A DNA stretch of 39,475 nt, from contig NC_068987.1 in the NCBI RefSeq assembly GCF_001194135.2, positions 103,024,423 to 103,063,897 of the forward strand, given 5' to 3'. Positions 11,700 to 25,298 of this stretch are shown here, in pieces. The stretch's first letter is position 1. Every line of letters begins with the position of its first letter. The stretch is from Octopus bimaculoides. Taxonomy: Eukaryota. Under the pieces are notes generated by a model. That model saw nothing but the letters and a program-made list of their open reading frames with translations, was not told the DNA's origin and did no database searches. Made by a program: the position numbers and the translations under genes.

Positions 11700-11825
11700 G
11701 CATGTGTGTGAGTCTGTGCTTGTCCCTCTATCAACGCTTGTTAACCGACGTTGGTGTGTTTACATCCCCGTAACATTGCGGTTCGGCAAAAGACATCTAT
11801 AGAATAAGTACATCTTAAGATTACA
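11700..11825 (+). mobile_element. Family-B SINE 3' part
   Basis: TTGGTGTGTTTACATCCCCGTAAC...GCGGTTCGGCAAAAG. Confidence 0.75.
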
Positions 11826-12429
11826 GCCAATGAAATCTAGTGTATAACCACGCGCCTATGACGTAACTTCGTTGCTACACACACGCACACACATACACAG
11901 TGCCTGCGATTTAAGAAATTGACATTGTCTCCATTAAGTGATCGAACCTGTTTTACATTGTCAACTTACAGGAAGCTTACACCCAACCATGTATAGCTCG
12001 CTATATTCATCGGACAGAATTAGCAAAGATAGAAGATAAAATAAATATTTAAAGATCATGCACTTAAGCGAGCACACATTATAGCAACGATAATTGAAAC
12101 AGTAGTGATATAGATGGCGTCACAGATAATAGAAGATAAATTAGCAATAATACTAGACGGTGATCAAAAATACAATGATATGACAAAAGACATGATATAT
12201 GGATCTCGAATGAAAATGAAATTATGTGTTAGAGTATGAGAGATCACACGATCCCACCTTTTATGTACCAATAGGATGGAATACAATGTAAAAAATATTC
12301 TATCACAAATCAACCGTTAGGAATGATGAATGTAAGAGTGGATGAGATGGTCACAAGTTCGATATAACCAGCAGCTAATTTAAGTTTCTAACAGTATTTG
12401 TTTGGTGTTATTTGGTGAATTGTCTATTA

Positions 12430-12910
12430 TATTGGCTCGCCCCTGTGCTAACTGGTATTTAACGATCCCGAATGGTTAGAAGACAAATCAACCGCAATGG
12501 CATTTGATTTGAGGACGTAAAATGCTGCTAGAAATGCAGCTAAGCATTTCGTTAGGCGTGGCAAGGATTCTCCAAACTTTCCACGTCTGTAATTTAATAT
12601 ATTGAAAGGAAAAGTCGACCTCGATGGAATTTGAACTCAGAATGTTAAGTCGGCAGAAATAACACTAAACATTTTTTCTGGCGCAGCAACTATCCTGCCA
12701 GCTCCCCGAATTTCACCGCCTTAATAATGATAATAATAATGATTTCAAATTTTGGTGCAGGACCAGCAATTTGGGGGATGGGGAGCAGTTGAGTCATTCG
12801 AACCATCTACCTAACAAGTACTTTATTTTAACGACCCCAATAGGAATAAAAGCAAAGTCGACCTCGGCCCGAATTGAACTTGGAACGTAAATAACCGGGG
12901 AGAAATACAT
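12430..12910 (-). mobile_element. Stack of about 3 degenerate family-A SINEs
   Basis: Repeated AAAGTCGACCTC...GGAATTTGAACTC-like cores. Confidence 0.75.
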
Positions 12911-13664
12911 ATGCGTGGGGGAGAGTGAGAGAGATTGCATGTGTAGGTGAGTGTATTTCTATGTATGTATTTAACTAAGGTACTTAGCATGTACGTGGAT
13001 AAACGGTGGCGAAAATTACATGGCGTAATTTTAAATAAGCATACATTTAACTTTATTGTGTTCATAGACCTTGTAATTAAACAGCACCTCTTCTCTCATA
13101 AAACAAACCGGGCAGCAACTTACCTCGTTATTGCTGGTTTATCAACTGTGTCTACTTCGCTGATAGCGCAGAGAAAGACAGAGGCTTATAGCTTGTTAAT
13201 AGGCGACGCTGTCAAAGTACTTAAGTTAATTAATTTGCACAGGTAAAGAATTCACTGTCATGTGAACGAGTAAAATTAGTATCTGTTTCTCAAAGATCTA
13301 ATGAGGCCTGGATTACACAACCTCTAAAACAACCTGCAGGTAAGGAATGAGAATGTTTGTCAAAACTGCTTTTTAAATTACAAAAAATATATAAACGAAG
13401 CCAACAACTATAGCAACCATCAAAACCATCAACAATAACATAAGCAACGTAAGTGACAAGAGAGACACCAATGAAGGGGATCCTATCCGTTCTCACAATC
13501 TGCTAAAAAGACCAGCGTGCACCTGAATGTGGAGTGGAATGTACAGGAAATGCCCTAAAACGGCAGCGCCGTATAGGTTAGAACTGTGTAGGCTGTACGT
13601 TTAATCCGATCGTTGTAGTATTACACATCCTTGTTTGCTAGCAAAGAGAAAAAAAGAAGGAAAG

Positions 13665-13890
13665 AATAAAATTCCTTCCCGAGTCATACAGACGGATAGG
13701 GCCGGTTTCCAGGTTTCCGTAGCGCATTTATTTTCCCCTGAACAAGATGTTGCTCTGCCGCAGACTTTGCTGCCTGAGTGGACTGGAGTAACGTAAAATG
13801 AAGTTTTGAACACAAGGTATCATCCGCTCCAGGATTCGAAGACACGATCTTCCGATTTCAACACCCTAAGCCACTAAGCCACGCGCCACC
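13665..13890 (-). mobile_element. tRNA-headed SINE, family C (related copies at about 8670-8866 minus and 26765-26880 plus)
   Basis: The reverse complement begins GGTGGCGCGTGGCTTAGTGG (A-box) ... TTCGAATCC (B-box). It shares GAAACC(T/G)GGAAACCGG with 26820-26840. Confidence 0.7.
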
Positions 13891-14399
13891 GCTCCTAGTT
13901 TAATATTAGACATAAATGATAACGAACAATGTATATCAGCTGTACTCATGGCATTTCATTACACATGTCTGCTTATTTACAAGGTATAGTATAATGCTCA
14001 ATCGTGTCATCGGTAATGATGAAAAACGGTACCTTAAATGTTCATATTAATTTTGGATGCCTTATTTTAATTCGTTTATTTTGGAGGGAAAATGGCCTGC
14101 GAAGAGTACGTTGCAATGTTTTTCTCCGGCACCCTCAATCCGAGCAGATTGAAGTTAGAATTTCGCTCGAGCAGTTACAAGTCAGTGACTTGTAGCAGGT
14201 TTTAAAAAAGGTGCAAGAAAAGGATTCCAGAAAGAGAGAGAGACAATCTTCGAGACAAGAAGGGTTAGTGTGGAGCCTAAATTTGGAAACTCAAGACAGG
14301 GAAAATTGATGACAATGGGAAGGAAACTGGGTGAGCATTTAAAATAAAATCTGTAGGAGACAAAAAAGAGGCAAAAAAGAAAGAGACACGCTAACATTA

Positions 14400-15347
14400 T
14401 CTATACTATAAAGTGTAGTGTTCTTGATTGCTTGCTTGATTGATTGATTGATTGAGTGTAGGCAGATTCACTCGAGAACGGTGCAGTGGAATCGCATGAA
14501 ATTCAGCACAGAGCGGCAGCATGGTCCGCTCATGTTCAGGAGATTTTTATTGCCCTCCAACTCCCATGGTTACTGAGATAATCGATTATTACTTTTTAAG
14601 ATAAGAATATCCCATTCAAAGTGGAGAGGGGCGATTTTGTTGCATTTCCCATGCGCGAAATTTTACGAAAAACCAGCACAATAAAGATTATTTTTTTACA
14701 AGTAATGTGGTTGGGTTTGTTTTTCGAAAATTTTAATCAGAGGCACAGAAAAAAAATTATTTCANNNNNNNNNNNNNNNNNNNNNNNNNNNNNNNNNNNN
14801 NNNNNNNNNNNNNNNNNNNNNNNNNNNNNNNNNNNNNNNNNNNNNNNNNNNNNNNNNNNNNNNNNNNNNNNNNNNNNNNNNNNNNNNNNNNNNNNNNNNN
14901 NNNNNNNNNNNNNNNNNNNNNNNNNNNNNNNNNNNNNNNNNNNNNNNNNNNNNNNNNNNNNNNNNNNNNNNNNNNNNNNNNNNNNNNNNNNNNNNNNNNN
15001 NNNNNNNNNNNNNNNNNNNNNNNNTGAACAGTTTCGATTAACATTCTTGTGTCGCCAATACAACAACCGCACTACCATATATTTTTCTTTTAAGGCGAGG
15101 TTATACCACAAATAAGGTTCCGTGACTACATGGGGCTATGGGTACACACGTGAAGTTAGTTTTACAGTATTGACCCGCAAGATCCTTAGCATCGTATTGT
15201 TTTGGGGTTGTTCTTACTTTTTTTTTTGTTTTTGGAATTTTTGTTTTTTTTTATTTTTAGTTCTTTTTATTATTCAAAATATACATAGGAAAGAGCCTTT
15301 AACCAAATCCACCACACTGCCCGAGTGAAACCGGGAAAAACAGCTAG
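14400..15347 (+). mobile_element. Non-autonomous Helitron
   Basis: A|TCTATACTATAAAG 5' end, subterminal hairpin CCCG-AGTGAAAC-CGGG (15320-15335) and CTAG|T 3' end. No TSD; the interior is partly an N gap. Confidence 0.75.
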
Positions 15348-15827
15348 TCAACTATAACTTGTGAAATATCAACTATAACTTGTATGAAAACGCATTAAGT
15401 GCACTTAACCCTGGCAATTTGCATCGGCATTTACACATTGCACGTTAAACTATATTTAAATTCGCCAAAGAATAGTTATATATATTTGCTAATTTGATTG
15501 TTGCAAAATCAGTGACTGGTGTGTCATTTATTTTCTATATATTGCAAGCATGTCCAGCAGGCGAGTAAGGATCAACCAGGATAACGTCGAAACCGCGTGG
15601 TCTAATGGTCTCAATAGCTGGAAAGTGGAGAGTTCTCTCATCGCTTGCGACATATGAGTGTTCAGCGCATTGAGTAACCAGCTGGAGGAGGTGTCCACAC
15701 GGAGTTAAACATCGGCATCGTCTGTTGTGAGACAACCCATGTGTGTGTGTGTGGGGGGGGGGCGTGTGTGTACACATCATGACAGGCCATCATAACAGGT
15801 CTTATTGTAGTACGTGAGGGATAGAAG

Positions 15828-16135
15828 ATGAGGATAGAAGAGAACACTAGAGTAATGTCAATTAGAAGAGAAGAGAATCTGCAAATCAACATTAACAGAA
15901 ATCAACTAGAGCATATTCAACGATTTAAATACCTTGGAAGCCTAATAACAGAAGATGGGAGAAGTGAGAGGGAAATCAAAATAAGACCTGAAGAGGATGG
16001 TGGTAAAAACCCTAATATGAAGTGTAGCTCTCTATGGCTCAGAAACATGGACCATCAAGAAAGTCGACACTTTGAGAAGAGTTGCGAAACGTGATTTTGG
16101 AGGCGAATGGTGAACATTGGCTGGTCGACCATATT
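15828..16135 (+). mobile_element. RTE-clade LINE reverse transcriptase C-terminal fragment
   Basis: FKYLGSLITEDGRSEREIKIR, then in another frame LKRMVVKTLI*SVALYGSETWTIKK. Confidence 0.85.
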
Positions 16136-16154
16136 TCTCTCTCTCTCTCTCTCT

Positions 16155-16872
16155 NNNNNNNNNNNNNNNNNNNNNNNNNNNNNNNNNNNNNNNNNNNNNN
16201 NNNNNNNNNNNNNNNNNNNNNNNNNNNNNNNNNNNNNNNNNNNNNNNNNNNNNNNNNNNNNNNNNNNNNNNNNNNNNNNNNNNNNNNNNNNNNNNNNNNN
16301 NNNNNNNNNNNNNNNNNNNNNNNNNNNNNNNNNNNNNNNNNNNNNNNNNNNNNNNNNNNNNNNNNNNNNNNNNNNNNNNNNNNNNNNNNNNNNNNNNNNN
16401 NNNNNNNNNNNNNNNNNNNNNNNNNNNNNNNNNNNNNNNNNNNNNNNNNNNNNNNNNNNNNNNNNNNNNNNNNNNNNNNNNNNNNNNNNNNNNNNNNNNN
16501 NNNNNNNNNNNNNNNNNNNNNNNNNNNNNNNNNNNNNNNNNNNNNNNNNNNNNNNNNNNNNNNNNNNNNNNNNNNNNNNNNNNNNNNNNNNNNNNNNNNN
16601 NNNNNNNNNNNNNNNNNNNNNNNNNNNNNNNNNNNNNNNNNNNNNNNNNNNNNNNNNNNNNNNNNNNNNNNNNNNNNNNNNNNNNNNNNNNNNNNNNNNN
16701 NNNNNNNNNNNNNNNNNNNNNNNNNNNNNNNNNNNNNNNNNNNNNNNNNNNNNNNNNNNNNNNNNNNNNNNNNNNNNNNNNNNNNNNNNNNNNNNNNNNN
16801 NNNNNNNNNNNNNNNNNNNNNNNNNNNNNNNNNNNNNNNNNNNNNNNNNNNNNNNNNNNNNNNNNNNNNNNN
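16155..16872. other. Largest assembly gap (N-run)
   Basis: 718 N flanked by microsatellites; the other gaps are listed in the summary. Confidence 1.
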
Positions 16873-17470
16873 ATATATATATATATATATATATATACAT
16901 ATGTATATACATATATATATATATAATATTTAGAAATGCGTTCATTGTAAACTAGTAAAATTTATAGATTGCTAATAATGTCAACCTTAAAACAATCATA
17001 CACGAGCATTGATATTCAAAAGGACTGCGTCGATGTGTACGCGTTTGCGCCGTGTGTGCGTGTGCGTTGTGTATGTGTGTATTTGTGTGCGTGCGTGTGT
17101 GTATACAGCAGAGGAATAAAAACATGTTAAATGTGTACTTTTCATGGGTAAAAATAAAGTAACTGATAAAAATACACACACAAGCTTAAACACGCATACA
17201 GACACAGGGACACACAAACATACATACACAGAGAGGTAGATTCATAGCTTAATCGAAAACGTATCCATAAATATATGAGTATAGGTATAGAAATATATAT
17301 ACGTGTTTCTTTATACATATATATATATACGCATAATATATTCATATCGGTGGTTACATACTTCGTGATGTATACACTCACAAAGTGTGTATATATGTAT
17401 GTGTCTGTATCAACTAAGAGGCAAGAACACGCATATATAATCGAGATATATTTTGAAATGAAAAGAAAAA

Positions 17471-17502
<32 letters not shown>

Positions 17503-18240
17503 GTGTAGGAACAAGTAATACATGTATACACGCATACACATATTGAAACAGCCATACATCCCGCTCAATCATAACTGCACAAATACACCAAAATAAAATT
17601 AGGCACGTAGACAAACATATCTGCATTCAAATACAATCACACGCATGGAACGAGACCCTAAAGCACAGTAACAGCGGGAAAGGCAAATATACACGCAAGC
17701 GCACACACTGATACATAGCTACGTTCAGACATAAACAAAGATAAGCACACCCAGTGTAATACGAACGAAGACACACTGATCGTAAACCATTTTTTAAGGA
17801 GAGGTCTGACTACTCGGCAACAAAATAAACAGAATATAAATAAACAAGATTAGAAACAGTAAATATCTGCAATAAAATGAAATAAAATAAAAATATTATT
17901 TACATACATATAAAAATGAAAAATTAAGAAAGTGATATATCAACAAAGAGGGAATAAAAGAAAGAAGGATACAAAAAGAAGAGAAGAAAAATAGTAGGGA
18001 AAGAACGAGAGAGATGGGGGGGGGGAGAAAGAAGGAACACAAAAAGATGGTTGGCGGAATGAATCACGTCACATATCACAGAATGTTGTCAGAATTCAAG
18101 TTGCAATAATTGGACAGCAAGCAAGTGATAAATATAAATACGTTTAGAATGGTTATTTTGGAAGGCGAAAGTTAACACACACATATGCATGTACATGAAA
18201 GTATGTATGTATGTATGCATGTATGTATATATATGTATAC

Positions 18241-18321
<81 letters not shown>

Positions 18322-18784
18322 TATAATGTGTGTGTGTCCATGTTTGGCTGAAACTAGAACAAAATTATATATATATGTGTGTGGATGTGTGTTGTTTGTT
18401 GGTGTTCTTTTGCTGTTGTTTTATGAAGTTCTTTTTTGATATTTTTATTTGTTTGATGTTATTAATGCTTGATGTGTCTTGTAGTTGTTTCATATCTAAG
18501 TATTTTTTTTTGTTTTTTTTTTCAAACCGATTTATTTCCTTATATAAAAAAAAAATCGAAAATGGTATAGACCGTTGGTGATTGGGAATTTGGCCAGTTT
18601 ATAAGACTGTCTCCGGCGCTCATTGAATATATTCTGGAGACTTCCAAGACAAATACTAATAGCTGTTCTTTCATTCATCCATAAGCTTTCACGCAAGCAC
18701 ACATACATACTCACACATATTCATATTCGGTATAAAATGAAAACTCGAGAACAGCAGTTTTACAAATTGTATATAATAATAATA

Positions 18785-19067
18785 GTATCAAAATTTGGCA
18801 CCGGATCAGTATATTTGGTACTGCGCCACCACATCTGAGTGACGGGTGAATGAGAAGTCGATTAAATATTCCATCGGTATTGACCAGTTTTTATATTATA
18901 TAGGCCGATACGATAAATGGACAGGTTTTCCCTATCCAGATTTGAACTTAGAATATAAACGGACGTAACTAAATCTCACAGTCCTTTTTTGCTTTTGTTT
19001 TTTTTTTCTTTTGTTAGGGCCGTCTTTAAATGCTAATAAAACAATACAGTGCAACTACTACAAATTT

Positions 19068-19099
<32 letters not shown>

Positions 19100-19575
19100 A
19101 TAATAATAATAATAATAATAATAATGGTTTCACATTTTGATGCAAGGCCAGCAATTTCGGGGGAGAATTTAAGTCGATTAGAACGGTGCTAGTGTTCAAT
19201 TGGTAATTATTTTATCGACGCTGAAAGGATGAAAGGCAAAGTTGGTCTCGGCAGAGGTTGAACTCGGAACGTAAAAACGTACGAGTTGTCGCTAGGCATT
19301 TTGCTTAGTGTGATAACGATTCGGCCAGATCACCTCCTTACTGCTAATAATAATGATACTTCCTACCGTAAGACCTTTGCCTGAAATTTGGTGGTGGTGG
19401 TTGTGGAGTTAATTAATTGTATGTACCCCAGTGCTCAAATGATACTTATTTTATCGATCCCGAAAGAATGAAAGACACAGTAGATCTCCGTGGAATTTGA
19501 AGTTTTAACGTAAAAATGTTAAAAAATACGGCTACTATTTTTTTCATGTTAACGATTCGTTTAGCTCACCACCTT
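18785..19575 (-). mobile_element. Stack of about 3 degenerate family-A SINEs separated by (TAC)n/(TAA)n
   Basis: TTGAACTT/TTGAACTC/ATTTGAAG cores at about 18941, 19258 and 19496. Confidence 0.75.
19068..19123. repeat. (TAC)n(TAA)n microsatellite
   Basis: Direct reading. Confidence 0.95.
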
Positions 19576-20058
19576 ACTAATAATAACGATACCTAGCACC
19601 GGATGAAAGTCCATGGTGTAATTCATCATCTTCAGAAAGCATTATGCTAATATATTGAAGTCAAGCAAGTAATTTCACAAAGTTCTTTTGAAATCCTACC
19701 AGTTAATGAAAACTGCAATTTTAGATATAATTGAAATGGAGGGAATAGCATTTTTAATTTCTTTTATTTTTTAACAAATATGATGTAGTTTATAGTTTAT
19801 GGCAATAAAGATGAACTGAAAAGACAAAATTTATCTATCTATTTATCAATCATTCTATCTATCTATCTATCTATCTATTTATCTATATATCTATCTATCT
19901 AAACTACACTTTTCGCTGTTGAATTACCACCAAGGTTCTGTTCAAGTTATTTAACAATTGGGCTTATTTTCATTTTTTCATATCTCTTCGTCTACTTTCG
20001 GCTCCGTATTTATCTGCACATATATTAATATATCTCTCTATCGGCAGACTCACTTAAA

Positions 20059-20092
<34 letters not shown>

Positions 20093-20379
20093 CTCTCCTT
20101 CTTAGCGATACTGATAAGCATTTAAGCCAAATATTAAGAATTAAAAGAACAATGTTGATGCGCCAGCATGGCTACAATGTTTGATCCGGAACATGTAAAA
20201 AATATAAGTGTGACATACATAGCTATTTGCTAAGGCTCATTCACTTTAATTTGATTATAGATAATTAATAATTCAACTATTTTAATGCATAAATTTATAG
20301 ATCTACATGACATTGTTTCATTACGTTAAACATTTTGATTGTGCCAGCGATTTGAATACAAAAATGCAGAATAATATGA

Positions 20380-20468
<89 letters not shown>

Positions 20469-20470
20469 CT
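20380..20470. repeat. (CA)n(CT)n microsatellite
   Basis: Direct reading. Confidence 0.95.
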
Positions 20471-20640
20471 CGTGTTTTCTCTTCCTATATTTTTCACTGA
20501 TTCCACTATTTTCCAGTCTTTCTTTATCTCCCCTTCTCCCCTTGCCCTTGCTACATATGCCTTTCTCCATTCGACTTATTACTTCCCTTGGTGTAAAACG
20601 GACGAAACCGACAGATCGCAGGAACACGTAGAATGATATA

Positions 20641-21060
20641 ATTCTTTCTAATTTTAGCACCAGACCACCAACTATGATGGAAGAGGGAAGTTGATTACAT
20701 CGTCCCAAGTGCTAAAGTGGTACTTTGTTTTATCGAACACGAAATGTTGAAAGACAAGGTTGACATTGGTGGAATTTAAACTCAGAACGTAAAGTGACGG
20801 AACAATTGTCGTAAAACATTTTGTTTGACACCCTAACGACTCTGCCAGCTCACCACCTTGTTAATGGTAATAATGACGATTTATAACATTGACGAAGGTC
20901 AGAAAAAATGTCCTGCGGAGTTTAGTTGATTTCCTGGATCTCAGCAGTGATTGGTATTTATTTCGCAAAATACTGGTGTGGTTTGAATTCACAACATAAG
21001 GAACAGTAAATACCGCAATGATTTTGTCCGATGAGCTAATGATTTTTCTAACCCACCACA
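20641..21060 (-). mobile_element. Two degenerate family-A SINEs
   Basis: GGAATTTAAACTCAGAACG core plus a more decayed second copy. Confidence 0.7.
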
Positions 21061-21424
21061 GGAGCAGAAATAGCTTCTGCATTTTATCACAGTGAGAATG
21101 CAACTGGAAATATTTCGAGGACAAATTAATAAAAAGCGGGACATTTAGATTAAGTATGCATGACATAGATAGAAAAATAAAAAAAAAACGATAGTCAATC
21201 AAGTTAAATGGCTGCAATAAGCATACAACAATATGATGTGAATAAGAGGATGCTAAGTATATCCTAAACTGCCCATTGCGTAATTCTGCCCACCATTCAG
21301 AGAGACACGTTCAGAGAGGTTTAAATCATACAGATTGCTTTTTCACTTCTGTTGTTACTTGAAACAGTTGATGAGAGCTAAAGTAAACAGAATAAAACAC
21401 CCGTTTTCGGTTTTGTCCTCAAAA

Positions 21425-21670
21425 TTCCTTCGTTGGCTGCAACCTATTCGTTGTAGCACTCCGTCGGTTACTTCGACGAGGGTTTCAGTGGATCCGATCG
21501 ACGGAACAGCCTGCTCGTGAAATTAACGTGTATATGGCTGTGCACTCTAGAGACACGTGTATCCTTAACATAGTTCTCAGGAAGATTCAGTGTAACACAG
21601 AGTGTGACAAAGCTGACTCTTTGTAATACAGGTACTACTCATTTTTGCTCAGCTGAGTGGACTGCAACCT
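21425..21670 (-). mobile_element. Further SINE-like interspersed repeat (family D)
   Basis: A GC-richer island sharing CTGAGTGGACTG with family C; recognised from memory as a common octopod repeat. Confidence 0.55.
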
Positions 21671-21899
21671 ATATACAGTGGAAAACTGCGATAGGTAGTC
21701 GAAGTTTTACGTTTACGTAAATACAACAGTGTTTACGTTGGAATTGGTTAATAACCACATCCGTGTTGCAGGAGACAACAGCTGTTCAACAACTCAGCAA
21801 TGTATTCATACCTGTTTGTAACGAATGGTTTCATCGCCCTCCCTGATCTCGAACAGACTCATTGAAGGACACTATTGTTACTTTAAATGTTATCCCCCA

Positions 21900-22650
21900 A
21901 TCAAAAATCCACTTCATCTACATAACCAGACTTGAAAGTTAGTTCCCAAGATATAGGTAGTCCACAATAGACTTTCAGTATCTTGATCTTCGACTCTTTC
22001 TTCCGATATATTTGCTCAAAATATTGCCATTCATACCACTAGTAAACCTCTATAAAATGCAAGGTTTGATATTTCATTGACTGTTTCGCCCGAGTAGTAG
22101 AGGACTGTGAGCCCCTGACAACATTCCAGATGTAATGCCAACGTCATACGCGTCTATTTTCTCTCTACCATGTCACAATTCGAACGAGTTGCTAATGAAT
22201 GCCTCTAATTTTTACAACAATAATCTTGAGCTGAAACATTTACGAGCAGTGATAAGAGAAACCACTTTTCACAAACCGAGCAAGGGTTTCGAAATTGCTA
22301 TGTCCGATAGGAAAACATTGAGCTTAACCTCCTAATAACGTACTGATTCTGTCTAATGAAAAGAGGTTTCAAACAACGTAAACTTATTAGCGACCGTTTT
22401 AAACTAAGATTTATAAGCTGCGCGTTGTTCTGAATAACTATGCCAGATATTGCCCATGTATATGCGGTACTGACCATATTCAGGAAGACAGCTCGAACCC
22501 TTTCACCAGCTCTTTAGCCAAAATGTTGATCGCTACATTCAGCAGAGATAAAGAGATTTATCGGTGTTAAATTGTCAATGATTTTGCCCTGGAGTATGTT
22601 CCTTTTCAGTGATGTTACAATGCGTCGCTTCTTACAACATGAAATCCTAC
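21900..22650 (-). mobile_element. Possible highly degraded L1/Tx1-like RT region
   Basis: Scattered motifs in the expected order: NLTPINL, LLNVAINILAKELVK (cf. LLNxDYKILAK), KIDAYDV and SGA. Multiple frameshifts make the evidence weak. Confidence 0.4.
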
Positions 22651-24103
22651 CAGAGTGTACCGAGTTACTATAATCATCTGACAAGACTGTTACGAAGAAG
22701 TTTCTTAAGTAAATAAATATTGTAAGAAAGACATGTTTCATGTATCATAGCAGTCATTACCTGATTTTCGAAGTACTTCACCTGTCTTAATATAAATTGA
22801 CTTAATCCTTAATATAAATAGACTAAATTCCAACGATTATTCAAAACATTCAGAAAAGTGTCTTTGAAAAACTACACTTATGCCTCGGATAAAATCAGAG
22901 GAGCTAATCATGGACCACTGCTGCAAATATAACCTAGCAAACAACTTCTACCATCTCATTTCTAAAATCATGGACCTTAGTTAAACAGAGTAACTGTCGC
23001 GCCTCTCTTCAAAGAAACGTACGAACAACATTTTCACCACTAACGAGTTGCTTAAATTCTCCTTTTAAACTTCAGTCTTTTCTATTATAAGGTCCAAAAC
23101 GTTCAGTAATTCTCTGTTCTGAGTATAACTTCGCCTGTTCTTGCAACCAGCTCTACATGCTCTTGATGCTATGGATGCTATGAAGTGTCGAACATTAATC
23201 TTCTAACTATGCCATTAAACTAAAGAGCCAGTGTGTCTATTCCTAAATTCCTGGTCCCACATATAACTAAAATAATTGCATTGAGCAATATGAGTTTGTG
23301 AAAAGTTGGGTGTGTATTCGCACGCCCAATCCTAATTTCCGAAATAATAAAATGAGAAAAATTGGGAGATGCCATTTATTTTGTTCCATGGGAAACGACG
23401 TTCCGATCCATAATGGGTTCTTGATAATTCTCTTAAAATTTTTCTTGCTCGGCTTATTTTTAATCTCAGTCTTCTTTGTACTCCGTACACTGTGATATGC
23501 AGATTTGCCGGAAGATTTCTTGGGTTTTAGGAAATAATTTTCGGAAATTTACAAAACGTTTTTGATAGTTGTCAAATTAAATTAAGAAAAAAAATCATAT
23601 GTAACCTAGCCTAACTACCCTTATGATATTCAAAAACATTTTTCTTCATATGTATGGAAGTTAGTTTCTTTAATATTTTTGCACGACTTTTCACAGGATT
23701 GATATTTTGAATGTCATGAATTTGATAGCATTTTCTTTATTAATGTAATAAGGCATTTACAGTTTCTTTATTTAGCCGGGAACGATTTCCACTTTTTCAC
23801 TTTTTCTTTCAGAAATATTATTCTATTATCTAACTGGTTCAGAAATTTCACTCACATCCAAAGTTAACTCTCGACATTCTGCATTATCATTATACACTTT
23901 TCCTCTATAAAATTAGGAAATTTCATAGCCACTGGGATAATTAAAGGTGGCTGTCCTTAAGATATATTTTCTGGATCTAAAACTTCAAATATAATTGAAC
24001 ATATTAGATGATACAACCGTTTGTATATCTCCTTGCCTAGAGTGACGTAAAATTCGATACACCCACACAGAGATACATATATACTTATATGTGTGTGTGT
24101 GTG

Positions 24104-24104
<1 letters not shown>

Positions 24105-24200
<96 letters not shown>
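24105..24200. repeat. Long pure (TA)n microsatellite
   Basis: Direct reading. Confidence 0.95.
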
Positions 24201-24202
<2 letters not shown>

Positions 24203-24959
24203 GTATATATACATTATATACATGTATATAATACATATATGACCATATGTGTATATGTATATATATATATATAAACACACACACACACACACATATATAC
24301 ATACATACATACATACATGCATATATATGTATGTGTTTATATCTATATACATATGTGTGTGTATGTAGTGGATATCACATCGCAAATTAAAAGAAATGAA
24401 AAGTATTTACATCCTAAAAGCCTCGCTCTGGCGAATCTAAGATTGTGCACACTTTTTTCTGTCCTATCATTGTGTGGTAAAACAGAGTGAGTCTTCACGG
24501 TTAGTATTCTGATCCTTAGAGAGAACTTCCTTCCGCAACCTCTCTGAGAAAGGTTCTTTCCCAATCAAAATAATAAGCTAGAAATAATATATAGACATTC
24601 ACAGATCACCCACAGTTGAGTTTCCTTTTTAGTTAAGCCTGAAACCAACTGCTTCGTCAGTGGAAGTGATTTGAATAAATGAAGAATATATCTTGTATAT
24701 TATTTAATACAAGCTTATTCACCTTTGTTGTGTAAATACACATCACTGGCCATCTAAATTATATAATTAACCTCGGTCATAAATGTATTTTATTCTTTCT
24801 CCTTAGTGTTTGGTTTGCTGACGTAACGTAGGACAGTTTCTGTGCTGGTGACAACTATTTAAACAGCAATGCGTGCAAATAGCTGGTCCTTTTTCTTTTT
24901 TTTCAGACAATCAAACTGTATTTTCCCTAATGTCATGACAATTAATGAGAACTCTAGAT

Positions 24960-25298
24960 TAGAGGTTCTCAACTGAGGTCCATATTGGCCCTGGGGTCCA
25001 CGTAAGATTTTTGGGAATCTATGTAACAAATTGGGGATCCACCATAATATTTTAAGGGCCCCTGAGAAAAGTTTGCTTTAGATGTATGTATTGGTAGGTA
25101 TTGCAGGAGAAAGTTGATTATTTTTCTCTAATGTTTTACATAATTCAGCCTACACAAGTCAATGTGAGAAAAACAAAATAAGAATCGTGAAAGAAGTACC
25201 TATAAAACTAGTTTTTAAATATCGAATGGTTTTGGCGGTCCACCATGAAGTAATAATCGAATGGGTTCATAAACAATAAAAATGTTCGAGAACCACTG
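24960..25298. mobile_element. hAT (Charlie-type) MITE
   Basis: TIRs TAGAGGTTCTCAAC and GTTCGAGAACCACTG. The 8-bp TSD CTCTAGAT (24952-24959) / TTCTAGAT (25299-25306) fits the NTCTAGAN target. Confidence 0.85.

Noticed and set aside
15348-15383. TCAACTATAACTTGT repeated with 21-bp period right after the Helitron 3' end
   Set aside because: Both copies are on the same side of the element, so it is not a TSD; an ordinary local tandem duplication.
16055-16955. Longest listed ORFs (269-296 aa) and similar X-filled ORFs near 6.2, 14.8 and 35.0 kb
   Set aside because: They are open only because N-runs contain no stop codons.
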